Assembly (NCBI GenBank): GCA_016839555.1 | Contig: JAEOUA010000010.1 | Span: 224,001-288,000, forward strand | DNA: 64,000 nucleotides | Reading direction: 5' to 3' | Source: Promethearchaeota archaeon | GTDB taxonomy: Archaea > Asgardarchaeota > Lokiarchaeia > Sigyniarchaeales > SOKP01 | In this document: piece by piece, positions 48,716-59,812 of the stretch | How the letters are laid out: each line of letters begins with the position of its first letter | Position numbering within the stretch: position 1 is the stretch's first letter | Made by a program: the position numbers and the translations under genes | Notes under the pieces: generated by a model | Told to the model about the DNA's origin: nothing | Database searches by the model: none | Seen by the model: the letters and a program-made list of their open reading frames with translations, nothing else

Positions 48716-49900
48716 ATGAATGCCCCAGAAAGAGTTTTGAAAGCTGTTAATCATGAAGAACCAGACAAGGTTCCTGCCTTTGAAACCACAATTACTAATA
48801 CTGCTTTAGAAAAACATTATGGAATATCCTCGGGTACTAATTTAGCGGAAGTGTATGCGACTCTAAGTAAAATAGGAAAAAAAGGTATGGAACTACTTCT
48901 AAAAAGTTTTCTTAATAAGGAAGTGGTGAAAGGAGTAATGAAACCACTATATGAGTTTCACCATAAAGCTAAACTTGATATCACTCTTAGTATGGCTTCA
49001 TTATTTCCTCGAGAACTCTTAGAGAAAGGGGAAGGATTTATTGATGAGTATGGTAGAATATTAAAATTTGAGAGTTACGAAGATAAGCAAGGAAATGTAA
49101 CAATTATTTCGGGATATCGAGGAGGAATATTTGAAAATTTTGAAGATTATGAAGCTTGGGAACCGCCGGATCCTCATTGGGAGGCACGCTATATAAATTT
49201 TGAAGCTGGTAAAGAAGTTCAAGAAGAAATGAACAATATAGTATTCTCGATCCCTTCTGTTGGCGCTCTAATGGAATGTACGTGGGAAGGCTTCGGATTA
49301 GAAACCTTTTCAAAAGTTTTAAGACATCCTAAACAGGCTAAGAAAGTATTTGATGATCGTGGAGAATTCACTCTGGAAATTGTAAAGATTTTAGCGGAAA
49401 AAGGTGCTCAAATAATCGTATTATGGGATGACTATGGCTTTAAGAATGGATTGTTTATGAGTCCGCGTAATTATAGAACATATGTATTTCCGTGGTTAAA
49501 ACGGATCTGTGATGCCGCCCATAAACATAATTGTAAAATTCTTCTACATTCTGATGGAGATTTACTGGAAATATTCGAAGATTTAATTAATTGCGGCATT
49601 GATATATTAAATCCTCTCGAACCTACTACTGCAAATCCCAATTATGATATTTTTAAATTAAATGAAAAATATGGGGATAAGCTAACATTTTGTGGAAATA
49701 TATCTCCAGTGATGCTAGCTAGGGGTAAAATTTCAGAAATTGAATCCTATACTAAACGATTAATACGTGAACTTGCTCCCGGGGGAGGATATATATTTTC
49801 ATCAGGACATAGTATTAATCCTGCTATAACGGTAGATAGATACGAGGCAATGGTTAAGATTAGAGAAAAATATGGAACATATCCCATAGGGAATATTTAA
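48716..49900 (+). CDS. Uroporphyrinogen decarboxylase/MtaA-CmuA family protein
   Basis: ERVLKAVNHEEPDKVP, DDYG, HSDG, GNIS, PGGGYIFSSGHSI. Confidence 0.87.
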   Translation: MNAPERVLKAVNHEEPDKVPAFETTITNTALEKHYGISSGTNLAEVYATLSKIGKKGMELLLKSFLNKEVVKGVMKPLYEFHHKAKLDITLSMASLFPRELLEKGEGFIDEYGRILKFESYEDKQGNVTIISGYRGGIFENFEDYEAWEPPDPHWEARYINFEAGKEVQEEMNNIVFSIPSVGALMECTWEGFGLETFSKVLRHPKQAKKVFDDRGEFTLEIVKILAEKGAQIIVLWDDYGFKNGLFMSPRNYRTYVFPWLKRICDAAHKHNCKILLHSDGDLLEIFEDLINCGIDILNPLEPTTANPNYDIFKLNEKYGDKLTFCGNISPVMLARGKISEIESYTKRLIRELAPGGGYIFSSGHSINPAITVDRYEAMVKIREKYGTYPIGNI

Positions 49901-50095
49901 TTTCTTTTTATATAAGTTGCTTAAATGAAAATATTCATAGCACAGATCATAGTTTTCAAGAAATTGAGAGAATTGTTGTATAAGCTGAAAACTTTTTAAA
50001 TTACTAAATTAAAATAATAATTACTAATAAATCAATTAAATAAATAAATCAAGAATTAGTTAAATAATAAGAAAATAAAGAGGCTTGAAATTAAA

Positions 50096-50521
50096 ATGGT
50101 TAATGAAGAGATTATTAAAAAATTAAAAGCATTAAGAGATAAAGAGCTTACTGAAACAAAGGATGCAATAACCTTATTCGAAATATATAAACAAATAGCT
50201 CAAGAAGAAGATGATATTAAGGAAGAATTAGAGGATATGGATGAGATTATTATTCAAAATGTTTATTCTGATGCAGATTTCAAGTATTGGGTAAAATTGG
50301 GTGCAGGAAAGTTTGATGTAGGAGAAGGAGAGGCAGAAGACCCTAATGTAACGATGAGTGCAACTGCTGAAACGTGGTCTGGATTAGGTTCTGGCGAAAT
50401 TGAAGCTGCTGGTGCCTATATGGCAGGAGACCTGTCTATAGAAGGAAATTTGCAAGACGCAATTGCCTACGGCGAAATCTTAGATCTATTTAGAGATATT
50501 ATGGCAGATTTAGAAGAATAG
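50096..50521 (+). CDS. SCP2 sterol/lipid-binding domain protein
   Basis: GEGEAEDPNVTM...AYMAGDLSIEGNL. Confidence 0.88.
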   Translation: MVNEEIIKKLKALRDKELTETKDAITLFEIYKQIAQEEDDIKEELEDMDEIIIQNVYSDADFKYWVKLGAGKFDVGEGEAEDPNVTMSATAETWSGLGSGEIEAAGAYMAGDLSIEGNLQDAIAYGEILDLFRDIMADLEE

Positions 50522-50697
50522 CTATTCTTTGTATCAATCCTTAAAATATTTTATTTTATCCTTTTTTAAAACTAATAGTATTAAATTTTTTATTATTGGG
50601 AAAAGCATTGTTAATTTTATTTTCATTAGAACTACTAATTATACAACTAGTACAATTTTAAAAAGAGAAAATTAAAAAATAGAAAAAAAGTAAATTA

Positions 50698-51741
50698 ATG
50701 AACAATCTTGAGTTAACGTTATCAGCAATAAGGGGAATACCAGATAAAGTACCTTTTAATCCCTTTATCATGCATTTGGCAGCTTCATTATCTGATTTAG
50801 ACTATAATAAAGACTATTGTCAAGTTCCTGAGAATTTAGCAGATGCCCAGATTAAATGTTCAGAATTTTTTGGAATAGATCATGTAAATGTGTCCACGGA
50901 TGCGTATCGCGAGGCAAGCGCTTGGGGGGTAGAGATTGACTGGAACTCTCATACACCAGTGGCCCGAAAGCCCTTAAAGGTCGAGGAATTCGATTCATTA
51001 GAACGCCCAAATTTGGAGGAAAGTCAGCGGATCATGAATCGTGTAAAAGCGGTGGAAATCCTCTCAAAAAAATTAGGTGATTCTCAATGTATAGTAGGTT
51101 GGATAGAGGCTCCCTTTGCAGAGATTTGCTGCTTATTTGACCTAATGAATGTTCTATTATTATGTAGATATGAAGATTGGGATGAAAAAATTAAAGCATT
51201 AATTAATAGAATATTACCAATTCAAAAAGAATTTGCTAAGATGCAGATTGAGGCAGGAGCTCATATTATTGGAGCGGGGGATTCCGCAATATCCCAATTA
51301 GGGCCAATGAGATACGAAAGATGTTGCCTTAAAGCGACTCAAAAATTATTTAATGAAATACAGAAAAATGTACCAGTCCTTTATCATATATGTGGAGATA
51401 ACTCAATTGTAGATAAAGATGGTCGAGACATGTTAAAACTGGTATCAAGTACGAATGCCGCAATCTTGGATTTAGATTATCAAGTTGATTTGAAATTAGC
51501 AAAAGAAAAAATAGGAAAAAAGAATTGTATACGCGGAAATACTAATACTCAAGTATTAGGAAGCTTACATTATCCAATTACTGAAGTTATGAAGGAAATT
51601 ACAAATACAATAAATTTAGGGAAACCTGGAGGAAATTATATGTATGCTGCGGGATGTGAATGGCCTTGGGAGCCTAAAAATATGGCGATACGCAATTTAA
51701 GTCTTGCAAAGGCTTTAAATGAAAAATTAGGTCTGTACTAG
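50698..51741 (+). CDS. MtaA/CmuA-like corrinoid methyltransferase (URO-D fold)
   Basis: EASAWG, EAPF, GDS, HICG Zn motif and C-terminal AGCE Cys. Confidence 0.85.
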   Translation: MNNLELTLSAIRGIPDKVPFNPFIMHLAASLSDLDYNKDYCQVPENLADAQIKCSEFFGIDHVNVSTDAYREASAWGVEIDWNSHTPVARKPLKVEEFDSLERPNLEESQRIMNRVKAVEILSKKLGDSQCIVGWIEAPFAEICCLFDLMNVLLLCRYEDWDEKIKALINRILPIQKEFAKMQIEAGAHIIGAGDSAISQLGPMRYERCCLKATQKLFNEIQKNVPVLYHICGDNSIVDKDGRDMLKLVSSTNAAILDLDYQVDLKLAKEKIGKKNCIRGNTNTQVLGSLHYPITEVMKEITNTINLGKPGGNYMYAAGCEWPWEPKNMAIRNLSLAKALNEKLGLY

Positions 51742-51917
51742 AGAAGATTTAAATCCATTTTTTGAATATTTCTCTTTTACTTTATTTTAATTTAGGTATT
51801 TAGTTTCTTTTAATTTAGAAAATATCCAGTCGATTTTCTAAAAAATTAAATTATAATATTGATTTAAATACTTAGGATCAAGAATAAATTAAACCCAAAT
51901 GAATAGAATAAATTACA

Positions 51918-53045
51918 ATGAACTCAACTAATAAAAGGGACTATTACGAGGTATTAGGAGTTTCCAAAGATGCGGATATTGATGAAATAAAACTCGCATA
52001 TAGAAAATTAGCAAAAAAGTTTCATCCCGACATAAATAAAGAAGATCCTAATGCCAAGGAGAAATTTATCGAAGTGCAAGAAGCATATGAAGTATTAAGT
52101 GATCCAGAAAAACGCAAAAACTATGATACTTTCGGATTTAGAGGAGTTGACATTGATATTGGCGATATTTTTAGAGGAGGCATACCGGGAATTGATGAGA
52201 TTTTTGAGTCTTTCTTTGGTGGTTTTGGTGGTTTTGGAGGCTTTGGAGGTTTTGGGAGTGGAAATAGAGCAAGTCGGCAAGCTCAAAGAAGAGAAATTGG
52301 ACAAGATATTGAGAGAACTCTTGATATTAGTTTTAAAGAAGCCATGTTTGGAGCTAAGAAAGATGTCGTAATAGAACGATATGTTCCTTGTTCCGCATGT
52401 GATGGAACTGGTGCGGAGGATTTATCTTCGATTGAAACTTGTCCAGAATGTCAAGGGAGTGGGAGATATAGAAAAATGACGCATTCAGGGTTTGGAACCA
52501 TCATCCGAGAATCAGAATGCCCTTACTGCGATGGAAAAGGCAAAATCATTAAAAACAAATGTAAAGTGTGCGGAGGGAGAAAAGTTGTCAAAGAAAAGAA
52601 AGAGATCAAAGGCATAAAAATCCCTTCTGGTATAGAAAACGGGGTTCATTTAAAAGCCCAAGGTGCGGGTCATATTCCTTCCAGAGATGCATATCCCGGA
52701 GATTTGTACCTTAAGATAAATATTGAAGAGAATGAAAATTTCATAAGAAGAGGGAATGATTTATTTACTCAAGTCGATATTGATATAATAAAAGCTATTC
52801 TTGGGGGTAAAATCGTCGTACCTACCTTGAACTATAAAAAAGAAGAAATTGTAGACAAAGAATTAGAAATACCTCCTGGAACTCAATTTGGCACTGAATT
52901 TCGTATAAAAAATCGTGGCGCCACTTATATGAGAGGAAAAGGGCGAGGAGACCAGTATATTGTAGTCAATATTGTAATACCAAAAAAGATTACAAAAGAG
53001 CAAGAAGAATTGCTTCTTAAATTTAGAGAATTAGCTCCTACTTAA
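51918..53045 (+). CDS. dnaJ: Chaperone DnaJ (class A)
   Basis: [13 protein letters not shown] region, four CxxCxGxG-type repeats. Confidence 0.97.
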   Translation: MNSTNKRDYYEVLGVSKDADIDEIKLAYRKLAKKFHPDINKEDPNAKEKFIEVQEAYEVLSDPEKRKNYDTFGFRGVDIDIGDIFRGGIPGIDEIFESFFGGFGGFGGFGGFGSGNRASRQAQRREIGQDIERTLDISFKEAMFGAKKDVVIERYVPCSACDGTGAEDLSSIETCPECQGSGRYRKMTHSGFGTIIRESECPYCDGKGKIIKNKCKVCGGRKVVKEKKEIKGIKIPSGIENGVHLKAQGAGHIPSRDAYPGDLYLKINIEENENFIRRGNDLFTQVDIDIIKAILGGKIVVPTLNYKKEEIVDKELEIPPGTQFGTEFRIKNRGATYMRGKGRGDQYIVVNIVIPKKITKEQEELLLKFRELAPT

Positions 53046-53112
53046 TTAGACAGTCTAATTTTTATCCTAAATTTAAGTTAGATTTAAAAATAAGAAAAAA
53101 TAAAATTAAATA

Positions 53113-53958
53113 TTAGACATGGTTTTCAAGCCATTGAACAAGATCATTTAACACCATACTTCTTTTATCCTTACTTTCATTATAAACTTCGTGATATAGA
53201 CCTTCATAAATCTTCACAGTTTTATCCTCCATTTTGTAATGTTCTTTTAAGTCTTCAATACCAAAAACCGCTTTATCCTCAGAACCGCATTGAACTAACA
53301 ATGGTAATTGGAAATCTTCAACAATCTCATTTAGATTCCCAAAATTAACTAGCATTTCTTTAGCAAGTCGAGCAGTAATTTTTTCATGATGAACCAATGG
53401 ATCTTCTATATATGCTTTCACCACTTCAGGATCATGACTAAGAAAGTTAGGATCTAATTTGGTCTCAATAGTCATTTTTGGGGCTATTTTTGAAATTCCT
53501 TTCGATAGGAGTTTAACAAATCCAGAAACATCCTCCCCAGCGGAATTTCCCGCTCCAGAAAGGATTAATCCATCCAATAAAGATTCATATTTTTTGGTAA
53601 AATATTGTGCAATTACAGAACCCATAGAATGGCCCAACATAAAATATGGAATATTTGGATGGTTTTCTTTTGCTATTTCATATATTCTCTTTTCATCTTC
53701 AATATATTGATCAAATGAATCAACATAATTAGTAGTTCCCTCTGATTTTCCATGTCCTCTATGATCATCAGCATAGATTGCATATTCTAATGGAACTAGT
53801 TTATTTATCACATTTGAGTATCGACCGGAATGTGACCCAAAACCGTGAACAATTTGCACTACTGCTTTTGGTTTTCCTTCAGGTAGCCAATACTGATAAT
53901 AAATCCTGAGACCTTTTTCCCCATTAAAATTATTTTCTTTATGTTCCATAATTATCAA
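53113..53958 (-). CDS. Alpha/beta hydrolase, monoacylglycerol lipase/lysophospholipase family
   Basis: HGFG.H..RY, DHRGHGKS, GHSMG, Asp in SED, YHE. Confidence 0.9.
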   Translation of the reverse strand: MIIMEHKENNFNGEKGLRIYYQYWLPEGKPKAVVQIVHGFGSHSGRYSNVINKLVPLEYAIYADDHRGHGKSEGTTNYVDSFDQYIEDEKRIYEIAKENHPNIPYFMLGHSMGSVIAQYFTKKYESLLDGLILSGAGNSAGEDVSGFVKLLSKGISKIAPKMTIETKLDPNFLSHDPEVVKAYIEDPLVHHEKITARLAKEMLVNFGNLNEIVEDFQLPLLVQCGSEDKAVFGIEDLKEHYKMEDKTVKIYEGLYHEVYNESKDKRSMVLNDLVQWLENHV

Positions 53959-54068
53959 ATTTCACTTTAATTTCTAGTATTAATATTATAAAATAATATT
54001 TAAATAAAGATAAATATTACAACTTCTCATATATTAATAAGGTAAATAGCTTGACTTCTAAATAGAGT

Positions 54069-54623
54069 ATGAACGCAAAGATATTGATTACTGGACCTCC
54101 TAAATCTGGAAAATCCACCTTAATCCAAAATTTAATTAAAAATCTTAAAGGTGAATTTGAATTATCCGGCTTTCTAACTCCTGAAGTTCGCAAAAATGGT
54201 AAAAGAATTGGCTTTGATGTAGAAGACATAAATTCTAATATGAAACTCCCACTTGCTCGAAAAGGAGCCTATAGTTCTCAATATAAATTAGGAAGCTATA
54301 ACGTCTTTATTGATAAATTTAATCAATACTTAAATGAAACAATTAGACCAGCTTTAGATAAGTTAGATTTAAAGGAAAATAAAAAGACGATTTTAATTAT
54401 TGATGAGATCGGAAAAATGGAATTATATTCTAGACTATTTCAAACTATGTTAAAAACTATCTTTAACTCTGAAATTTGTATTATAGCAACTATTGGTCAA
54501 AAGATGAAACATCCAATCAAAGATTTTATTTTAAATATTCCATCAATTAAATTATTCAAAGTATCCCATAATAATCAAGAGGAAATATTGAGAGATATAG
54601 TTGCAATTGTCAAGAATAAATAA
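54069..54623 (+). CDS. THEP1-family nucleoside triphosphatase
   Basis: ITGPPKSGKST, GF.T.EVR..GKRIGF, IIDEIGKME. Confidence 0.92.
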   Translation: MNAKILITGPPKSGKSTLIQNLIKNLKGEFELSGFLTPEVRKNGKRIGFDVEDINSNMKLPLARKGAYSSQYKLGSYNVFIDKFNQYLNETIRPALDKLDLKENKKTILIIDEIGKMELYSRLFQTMLKTIFNSEICIIATIGQKMKHPIKDFILNIPSIKLFKVSHNNQEEILRDIVAIVKNK

Positions 54624-54789
54624 AAAATCTACTTTTTTAATATTCTAATCATCATAGAAAGCTTCAATAAATTTATTTTTATATTTCATAAATTTAAAGC
54701 TCTATATAGTTCTCCATTTTAACTATTTAATAAAATTCCTCTTTAAAATGTAATTAAAAGAGATATAATAGTAGGTTTATATCTTATTA

Positions 54790-55656
54790 ATGAGAAAAAG
54801 CATGAAAAAAATCACTTTAGGTCGGACACAAGAAAAAATACCGATTATTGGGCAAGGTACATGGGGTATCTCAAGATTTTTTAAGGACAACAATTATTAT
54901 GAGCAATGGAAAAAATCATTGAGAGCTGGTATTGAACTCGGAATGACGCACATAGATACTGCGGAATTCTATGGGTGGGGCAAGGCAGAGGAAATTGTAG
55001 GAGAAGTTATAAAAGAATATAACAGAGATGATTTATTCATTACAAGCAAGCTGTTTCCTATGCATTTAAGTAAAAGAACTATGAAAAAAGCTGCAGAAAA
55101 AAGTCTAAAACGATTAGATCTTGATTATTTTGATCTATATTTAATTCATTGGCCTAATCCACTCGTATCTATTAAGAAGCAGATGAGGGTTTTAGAAACT
55201 TTAGTTAATGAAGGAAAAACTCGTTATATTGGAGTGAGTAATTTTTCATTAGAGCAATTTAAAAGAGCTCAAGAAAGTCTTAAAACTGTAGAATTAATAA
55301 ACAATCAATTGAAATTGAATATAATAGACCAAGAGATCATGCACGATTCTTTATCATATTATCAAAAAAATGATATTATTATAACCGCCTATAGTCCACT
55401 TGGTCATAAAGGACTTAAGGATATTAATATCTGGTTAATGGACAAATTAGAAGAAATTGCGGAGCGTCATAATGCAACAATTCAACAAATTGCAATTGCA
55501 TGGTTGATAAGTCATAAAAATGTTATTACTATTCCGAAAGCATTTCATATTAATCATATTAAAGAAAATGCAGAAGCTGCTTCTATTAAGTTAACGAAAA
55601 GTGAAATCGAGCTTTTCTATAAAAAAGATTCAAATTTTATTTTAAATAAGCTTTAA
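54790..55656 (+). CDS. Aldo/keto reductase
   Basis: GQGTW, IDTAEFYG, ITSK, DLYLIHWP, IGVSNF, AYSPLG, IPK. Confidence 0.94.
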   Translation: MRKSMKKITLGRTQEKIPIIGQGTWGISRFFKDNNYYEQWKKSLRAGIELGMTHIDTAEFYGWGKAEEIVGEVIKEYNRDDLFITSKLFPMHLSKRTMKKAAEKSLKRLDLDYFDLYLIHWPNPLVSIKKQMRVLETLVNEGKTRYIGVSNFSLEQFKRAQESLKTVELINNQLKLNIIDQEIMHDSLSYYQKNDIIITAYSPLGHKGLKDINIWLMDKLEEIAERHNATIQQIAIAWLISHKNVITIPKAFHINHIKENAEAASIKLTKSEIELFYKKDSNFILNKL

Positions 55657-55951
55657 GATTAATTTTGATGAATGAGCGATTCTTGGGATATATAATTTCG
55701 ATATATCTTAATATAGAGTGTTTTTTAATATCATACTATTTATTTTTATCAAATAACTCTAATTTTAATGTGCATTAATTAAAAAGTATTAAGAAATAGA
55801 ACAATTGAGAGATTTGCTAAAAATTATAAATAAGAAAATTCATATATATAAATTAATACACATTTTAAACACAAAATATTTCAAATTATTAAGAAAAGAT
55901 TTTTATTTTTCAAATTGATGAAAAATATAACGATTAATTAAATGAATAAGA

Positions 55952-56560
55952 TTGCCTTCTCAAAAAATTACCCTCTCAAATTATTTTAAAGAGGGTATAT
56001 ATTTCACATGCGAACAATGCGGAACGTGTTGCAAAGGGCGAGATAACGGAGAGGTTTATTTATATAAAGAAGATATAATTAGGTTAGTAGATAATTTAAA
56101 TAATAAGGGAAAAAATTATACCTTAAGTTCCTTTTCTAAAAAATATTTAAAAGTGGTACGAACAAGTTTTTATTGGGAAAAATCGAAACAAAGTAAAGGA
56201 AAAAATTACTCATATAAAGCTTTAGGATTTAAATTCATCGGAGATGACGAATATTGTCCTTTTCTTGTACAAGATCACATTTGTAGTGTTCATGAAGCCA
56301 GACCTTATCAATGTAGAGCCTATCCCATCGGATGGAATATGCTTATTAATAGTAACAGGAATTTTGCTAAATACTCTAAAGAATGTCCGGGGCTAAGAAA
56401 TTCACTCGAAAAAAAAGGGCATTATTATTCTCCCCAAGAAATTATAAAATGGGCAAGAAAGGAATATGAAATGGAAAAAGAATTTTTTTTAGAAATGAAG
56501 AAAAACAATTTCGATCTTTTTAAAGCATATCCCTTTTTACCGGAAGATATATCAAAATAG
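55952..56560 (+). CDS. YkgJ/CxxCxxCC family cysteine-cluster protein
   Basis: CEQCGTCC...CPFL...CSVHEARPYQCRAYP...CPG. Confidence 0.9.
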   Translation: MPSQKITLSNYFKEGIYFTCEQCGTCCKGRDNGEVYLYKEDIIRLVDNLNNKGKNYTLSSFSKKYLKVVRTSFYWEKSKQSKGKNYSYKALGFKFIGDDEYCPFLVQDHICSVHEARPYQCRAYPIGWNMLINSNRNFAKYSKECPGLRNSLEKKGHYYSPQEIIKWARKEYEMEKEFFLEMKKNNFDLFKAYPFLPEDISK

Positions 56561-56847
56561 ATACTATTAAATCCCAATTACATTTTTAGTATTTACTTCT
56601 AATTAAAAGAGAAAAATCACTATCTTATTATTGCTTTTTTTAGATATTTTAAATTTCTCTATTCATATTTTTTATATAATTTTATATAGAGCGAATATCT
56701 CCCACTGAATAATATTTAATAAGAATTTTAGATGAATTCTCTACTTTTATGAATGATTAAGGTTTTTTTATTTTAGGAACTATTTTATAATAGATATTAA
56801 ATTAATACAATTATTATACAAAATACTCTAAATAAAGGTTTATAATC

Positions 56848-59238
56848 TTGAATATTGGCTTATTTCTTTGCGACTGCGGTAAAAATATTTCGGGAATAAT
56901 TGATAATGAAAAACTTGTTGATTATTTTACCAACTATCCCGATGTTTATGTTTTTCGGGAGCAATATTTATGCTCAGAACTAGGTTTAAAGGAAATAAAG
57001 GAGGAAATTGAGGAAAAACAAATCGATAGAGTAGTGATTGCTGCATGTTCTTTTAAATTACATGGCTCTTTATTTAGAAAGACTATAGAAAAAGCAGGCA
57101 TTAATAGGTTTTTAATATCTTTTGCCAATATTAGGGAACAGAACTCGTGGGTCCATGCAAATCAACCAAAAAAAGCAACTCAGAAAGCGATTGATCAAAT
57201 TAAAATGGCTATCGCACAAGTGAGATTATTAACTCCTTTAGAAGTCCAAACTGTTAAAACAATCCCAAAGGTACTTATAATAGGAGGAGGTATCGCTGGC
57301 ATAAAGGCTTCTTTGATCATTGCTGATGCAGGATTTAAAGTATATTTAGTTGAGCGTGAACCTACTATTGGAGGGCATATGGCTCTTTTTGACAAGACAT
57401 TTCCTACTCTCGATTGCTCAATCTGTATACTTGGTCCTCTTATGAGTGAAGTAAATGAGCATCCCAATATTGAATTATTAACATATTCCGAAGTTGAAAA
57501 AGTGGAAGGATACATAGGAAATTTTAAAGCGACAATTAAAAAGAAACCTCGCTTTATAGATGAAGATGCGTGTGTTGGGTGTTTTGATATATGCAGCGAT
57601 GTCTGTCCGATTGATGTGGAAAATTCTTTTTTCCCACGAAAAGCTATTGATGTTCCATATCCCCAAGCGATTCCACTTCTTCCCACGATTTTAGAAGAGG
57701 AATGTATAGGGTGTAAGGCATGTGCCCAAGCATGTGATAGAGATGCTATCGATTTTGACCAACAAGCAGAAGAGATCGAAATAAATATAGGCGCAATAAT
57801 AGTTGCGACAGGATTAAAAACATTTGATCCCACAATATTAGCTGAGCTGAACTATCAGAAGTATCAAGATGTGATTACGACTCTTCAATTAGAACGATTA
57901 TTAAATAATGACGGACCTACAAATGGGAAAGCAGTAATACCATCTACAGGAAAAACGCCTCGAAAAGTGTCCTTTGTGTTATGTGTGGGTTCAAGGAATA
58001 AAAAAATAAATCGTGATTATTGTAGTCAAGTATGTTGTAATGCTGCAATTAAACAAGCAGTTTTGTTAAAAAAGGAAAATCCTGATATTACTATTAATAT
58101 TTATTATACTGATATAAGAGCTGTTGGAAAGAATTGTGAAGAATTTTATAATAGGGCAAGGGAAGAATTTGGGATACGATTTATTAAAAGTAATATTTCT
58201 TCTATCGTAAAAAGTGATACCTCCGATGAATTAATCATTCGTGGAGAAGATGTAATTGAAAATGTTTTATTTGAACATAAAACTGAACTTGTTGTTCTTG
58301 CGGTTGGCATTGAACCAGCTGAGGGAACGGAGGAATTAAGCCAAATTTTAAATATATCCCTGGATCCCTATGGATTTTTATTGGAGAAACACCTTAAAGT
58401 AAAACCTTCAGAATCTTCTGTGAATGGAATATATATTGCTGGTGCTATTCAAGGACCGAAGGATATTCCCTCAAGCATAGCACAAGCGGAAAGTGCTGCT
58501 TCGAAGGCAATTGCTTTGATTTCAAAAGGTTTGGTTGAATTAGATCCTCATATCGTCTATTTTGACCCAGAAAGATGTGATTTGTGCCGTTTATGTGAAA
58601 ATATTTGTAATTTTAATGCTATTGAAATAAAGGATAATCAATTAAATTTAATCCAAGAAAATTGCTCGGGATGTGGGGCATGTGCAGCGATGTGTCCTAA
58701 TGATGCGCTTTATATTCCAGGATTTTCAAAAAATCAGCTTGCAGCTCAAATGGAAGCTTCTATAGAAGAAAAGAAGGAATTTCCTTTCATAATTGCCTTT
58801 TTATGTAATTGGTGCTCATATGCGGGTGCAGATATAGCAGGGATCTCAAAAATTCAATATCCCTCAAATATTCGAGCTATTCGAGTAATGTGCACTGCAA
58901 TGTTAGATCCCTCATTAGTATTTGAGAGCTTTTTTCATGGTGCTGATGGAGTTTTGATTGCGGGTTGTTATCCACAAGATTGCCACTATGATACAGGTTT
59001 TTTAAAAGCAAGCACTCGATATAAAAGCATTCGTGAAATGTTAGGTGAAGCAGGTATTAATGAAGAGCGAGTAAGGATTGAAAGTGTTTCTGCTGGGGAG
59101 GGTGAAAAGTTTTCAAGAATTGTTACTGAATTTAAAGAACAAATAGAAAAATTAGGGCCTATTAAGCCGAATGAATATTTAAAACCCATCCTTCAAAAGA
59201 AGAAAAAGGAGGAAAAAGCAAGACTAGATGAAATTTAA
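56848..59238 (+). CDS. hdrA: Heterodisulfide reductase subunit A-like flavoprotein fused to an MvhD domain
   Basis: GGGIAG, FPTLDCSIC, inserted and C-terminal ferredoxin motifs, CSQVCC; C-terminal FLCNWCSYAGAD, RVMC, GC...DCHY. Confidence 0.93.
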   Translation: MNIGLFLCDCGKNISGIIDNEKLVDYFTNYPDVYVFREQYLCSELGLKEIKEEIEEKQIDRVVIAACSFKLHGSLFRKTIEKAGINRFLISFANIREQNSWVHANQPKKATQKAIDQIKMAIAQVRLLTPLEVQTVKTIPKVLIIGGGIAGIKASLIIADAGFKVYLVEREPTIGGHMALFDKTFPTLDCSICILGPLMSEVNEHPNIELLTYSEVEKVEGYIGNFKATIKKKPRFIDEDACVGCFDICSDVCPIDVENSFFPRKAIDVPYPQAIPLLPTILEEECIGCKACAQACDRDAIDFDQQAEEIEINIGAIIVATGLKTFDPTILAELNYQKYQDVITTLQLERLLNNDGPTNGKAVIPSTGKTPRKVSFVLCVGSRNKKINRDYCSQVCCNAAIKQAVLLKKENPDITINIYYTDIRAVGKNCEEFYNRAREEFGIRFIKSNISSIVKSDTSDELIIRGEDVIENVLFEHKTELVVLAVGIEPAEGTEELSQILNISLDPYGFLLEKHLKVKPSESSVNGIYIAGAIQGPKDIPSSIAQAESAASKAIALISKGLVELDPHIVYFDPERCDLCRLCENICNFNAIEIKDNQLNLIQENCSGCGACAAMCPNDALYIPGFSKNQLAAQMEASIEEKKEFPFIIAFLCNWCSYAGADIAGISKIQYPSNIRAIRVMCTAMLDPSLVFESFFHGADGVLIAGCYPQDCHYDTGFLKASTRYKSIREMLGEAGINEERVRIESVSAGEGEKFSRIVTEFKEQIEKLGPIKPNEYLKPILQKKKKEEKARLDEI

Positions 59239-59351
59239 TAATGTTAGACTCTAAGATTTTATTTTTTAATAATCCTCTTTCTTAAGTGAAAAGTTCTAAA
59301 TATTAATAAACCTAAGGATAAATTATATTAATCAAAAGATTTAATCAAATT

Positions 59352-59810
59352 ATGATGGATGAAGAAATTTCCCGTGAAAAAAAAGAAAATGAATTAAAGA
59401 TTTTTAACGAGGCAGTTGAATATTTTAATCAATATGATGACATCAGCAACCATGAACCATTAAAATCTACTGAAATGTTTAATAGTATTCTTTTGCGAGA
59501 CCAAATGTTATCTGAGCTTAACAATTTAAAAGAATTAATTTTGAATAATCCTGATTCTAAAATAAGTCAGTTATCAACTGAGGAAAAAGAAGTATTTAAT
59601 AAATTTATGAAAGCATACTCTATATGTCCGATATGTGGAGGTCATAATCACTATTATAATCTTAAAAAAATATATTTTGATGAAGATGTAAGTGATTTAA
59701 AGGAATATTTAGTTGAAAATATGAATTCCAGAGAAAAAAAGATTGGAGCACTTACCGTGATTACAGGTATTGTATGTTGTGGTTGCTTCAAAAAGTATTT
59801 AAAACCTTAA
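59352..59810 (+). CDS. Hypothetical protein with C-terminal Zn-finger-like Cys pairs
   Basis: CPICG...CCGC. Confidence 0.7.
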   Translation: MMDEEISREKKENELKIFNEAVEYFNQYDDISNHEPLKSTEMFNSILLRDQMLSELNNLKELILNNPDSKISQLSTEEKEVFNKFMKAYSICPICGGHNHYYNLKKIYFDEDVSDLKEYLVENMNSREKKIGALTVITGIVCCGCFKKYLKP

Positions 59811-59812
59811 AT

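Noticed and set aside
39436-51917. Mobile element or genomic island with att sites
   Set aside because: No integrase, transposase, tRNA or terminal repeats seen; composition looks like the flanks
52212-52258. GGTGGTTTT-type short tandem repeat
   Set aside because: It simply encodes the normal G/F-rich linker of DnaJ
56848-59350. Selenocysteine recoding in HdrA/MvhD
   Set aside because: The ORF is uninterrupted with Cys codons at the motif positions; no SECIS-like element was recognised downstream
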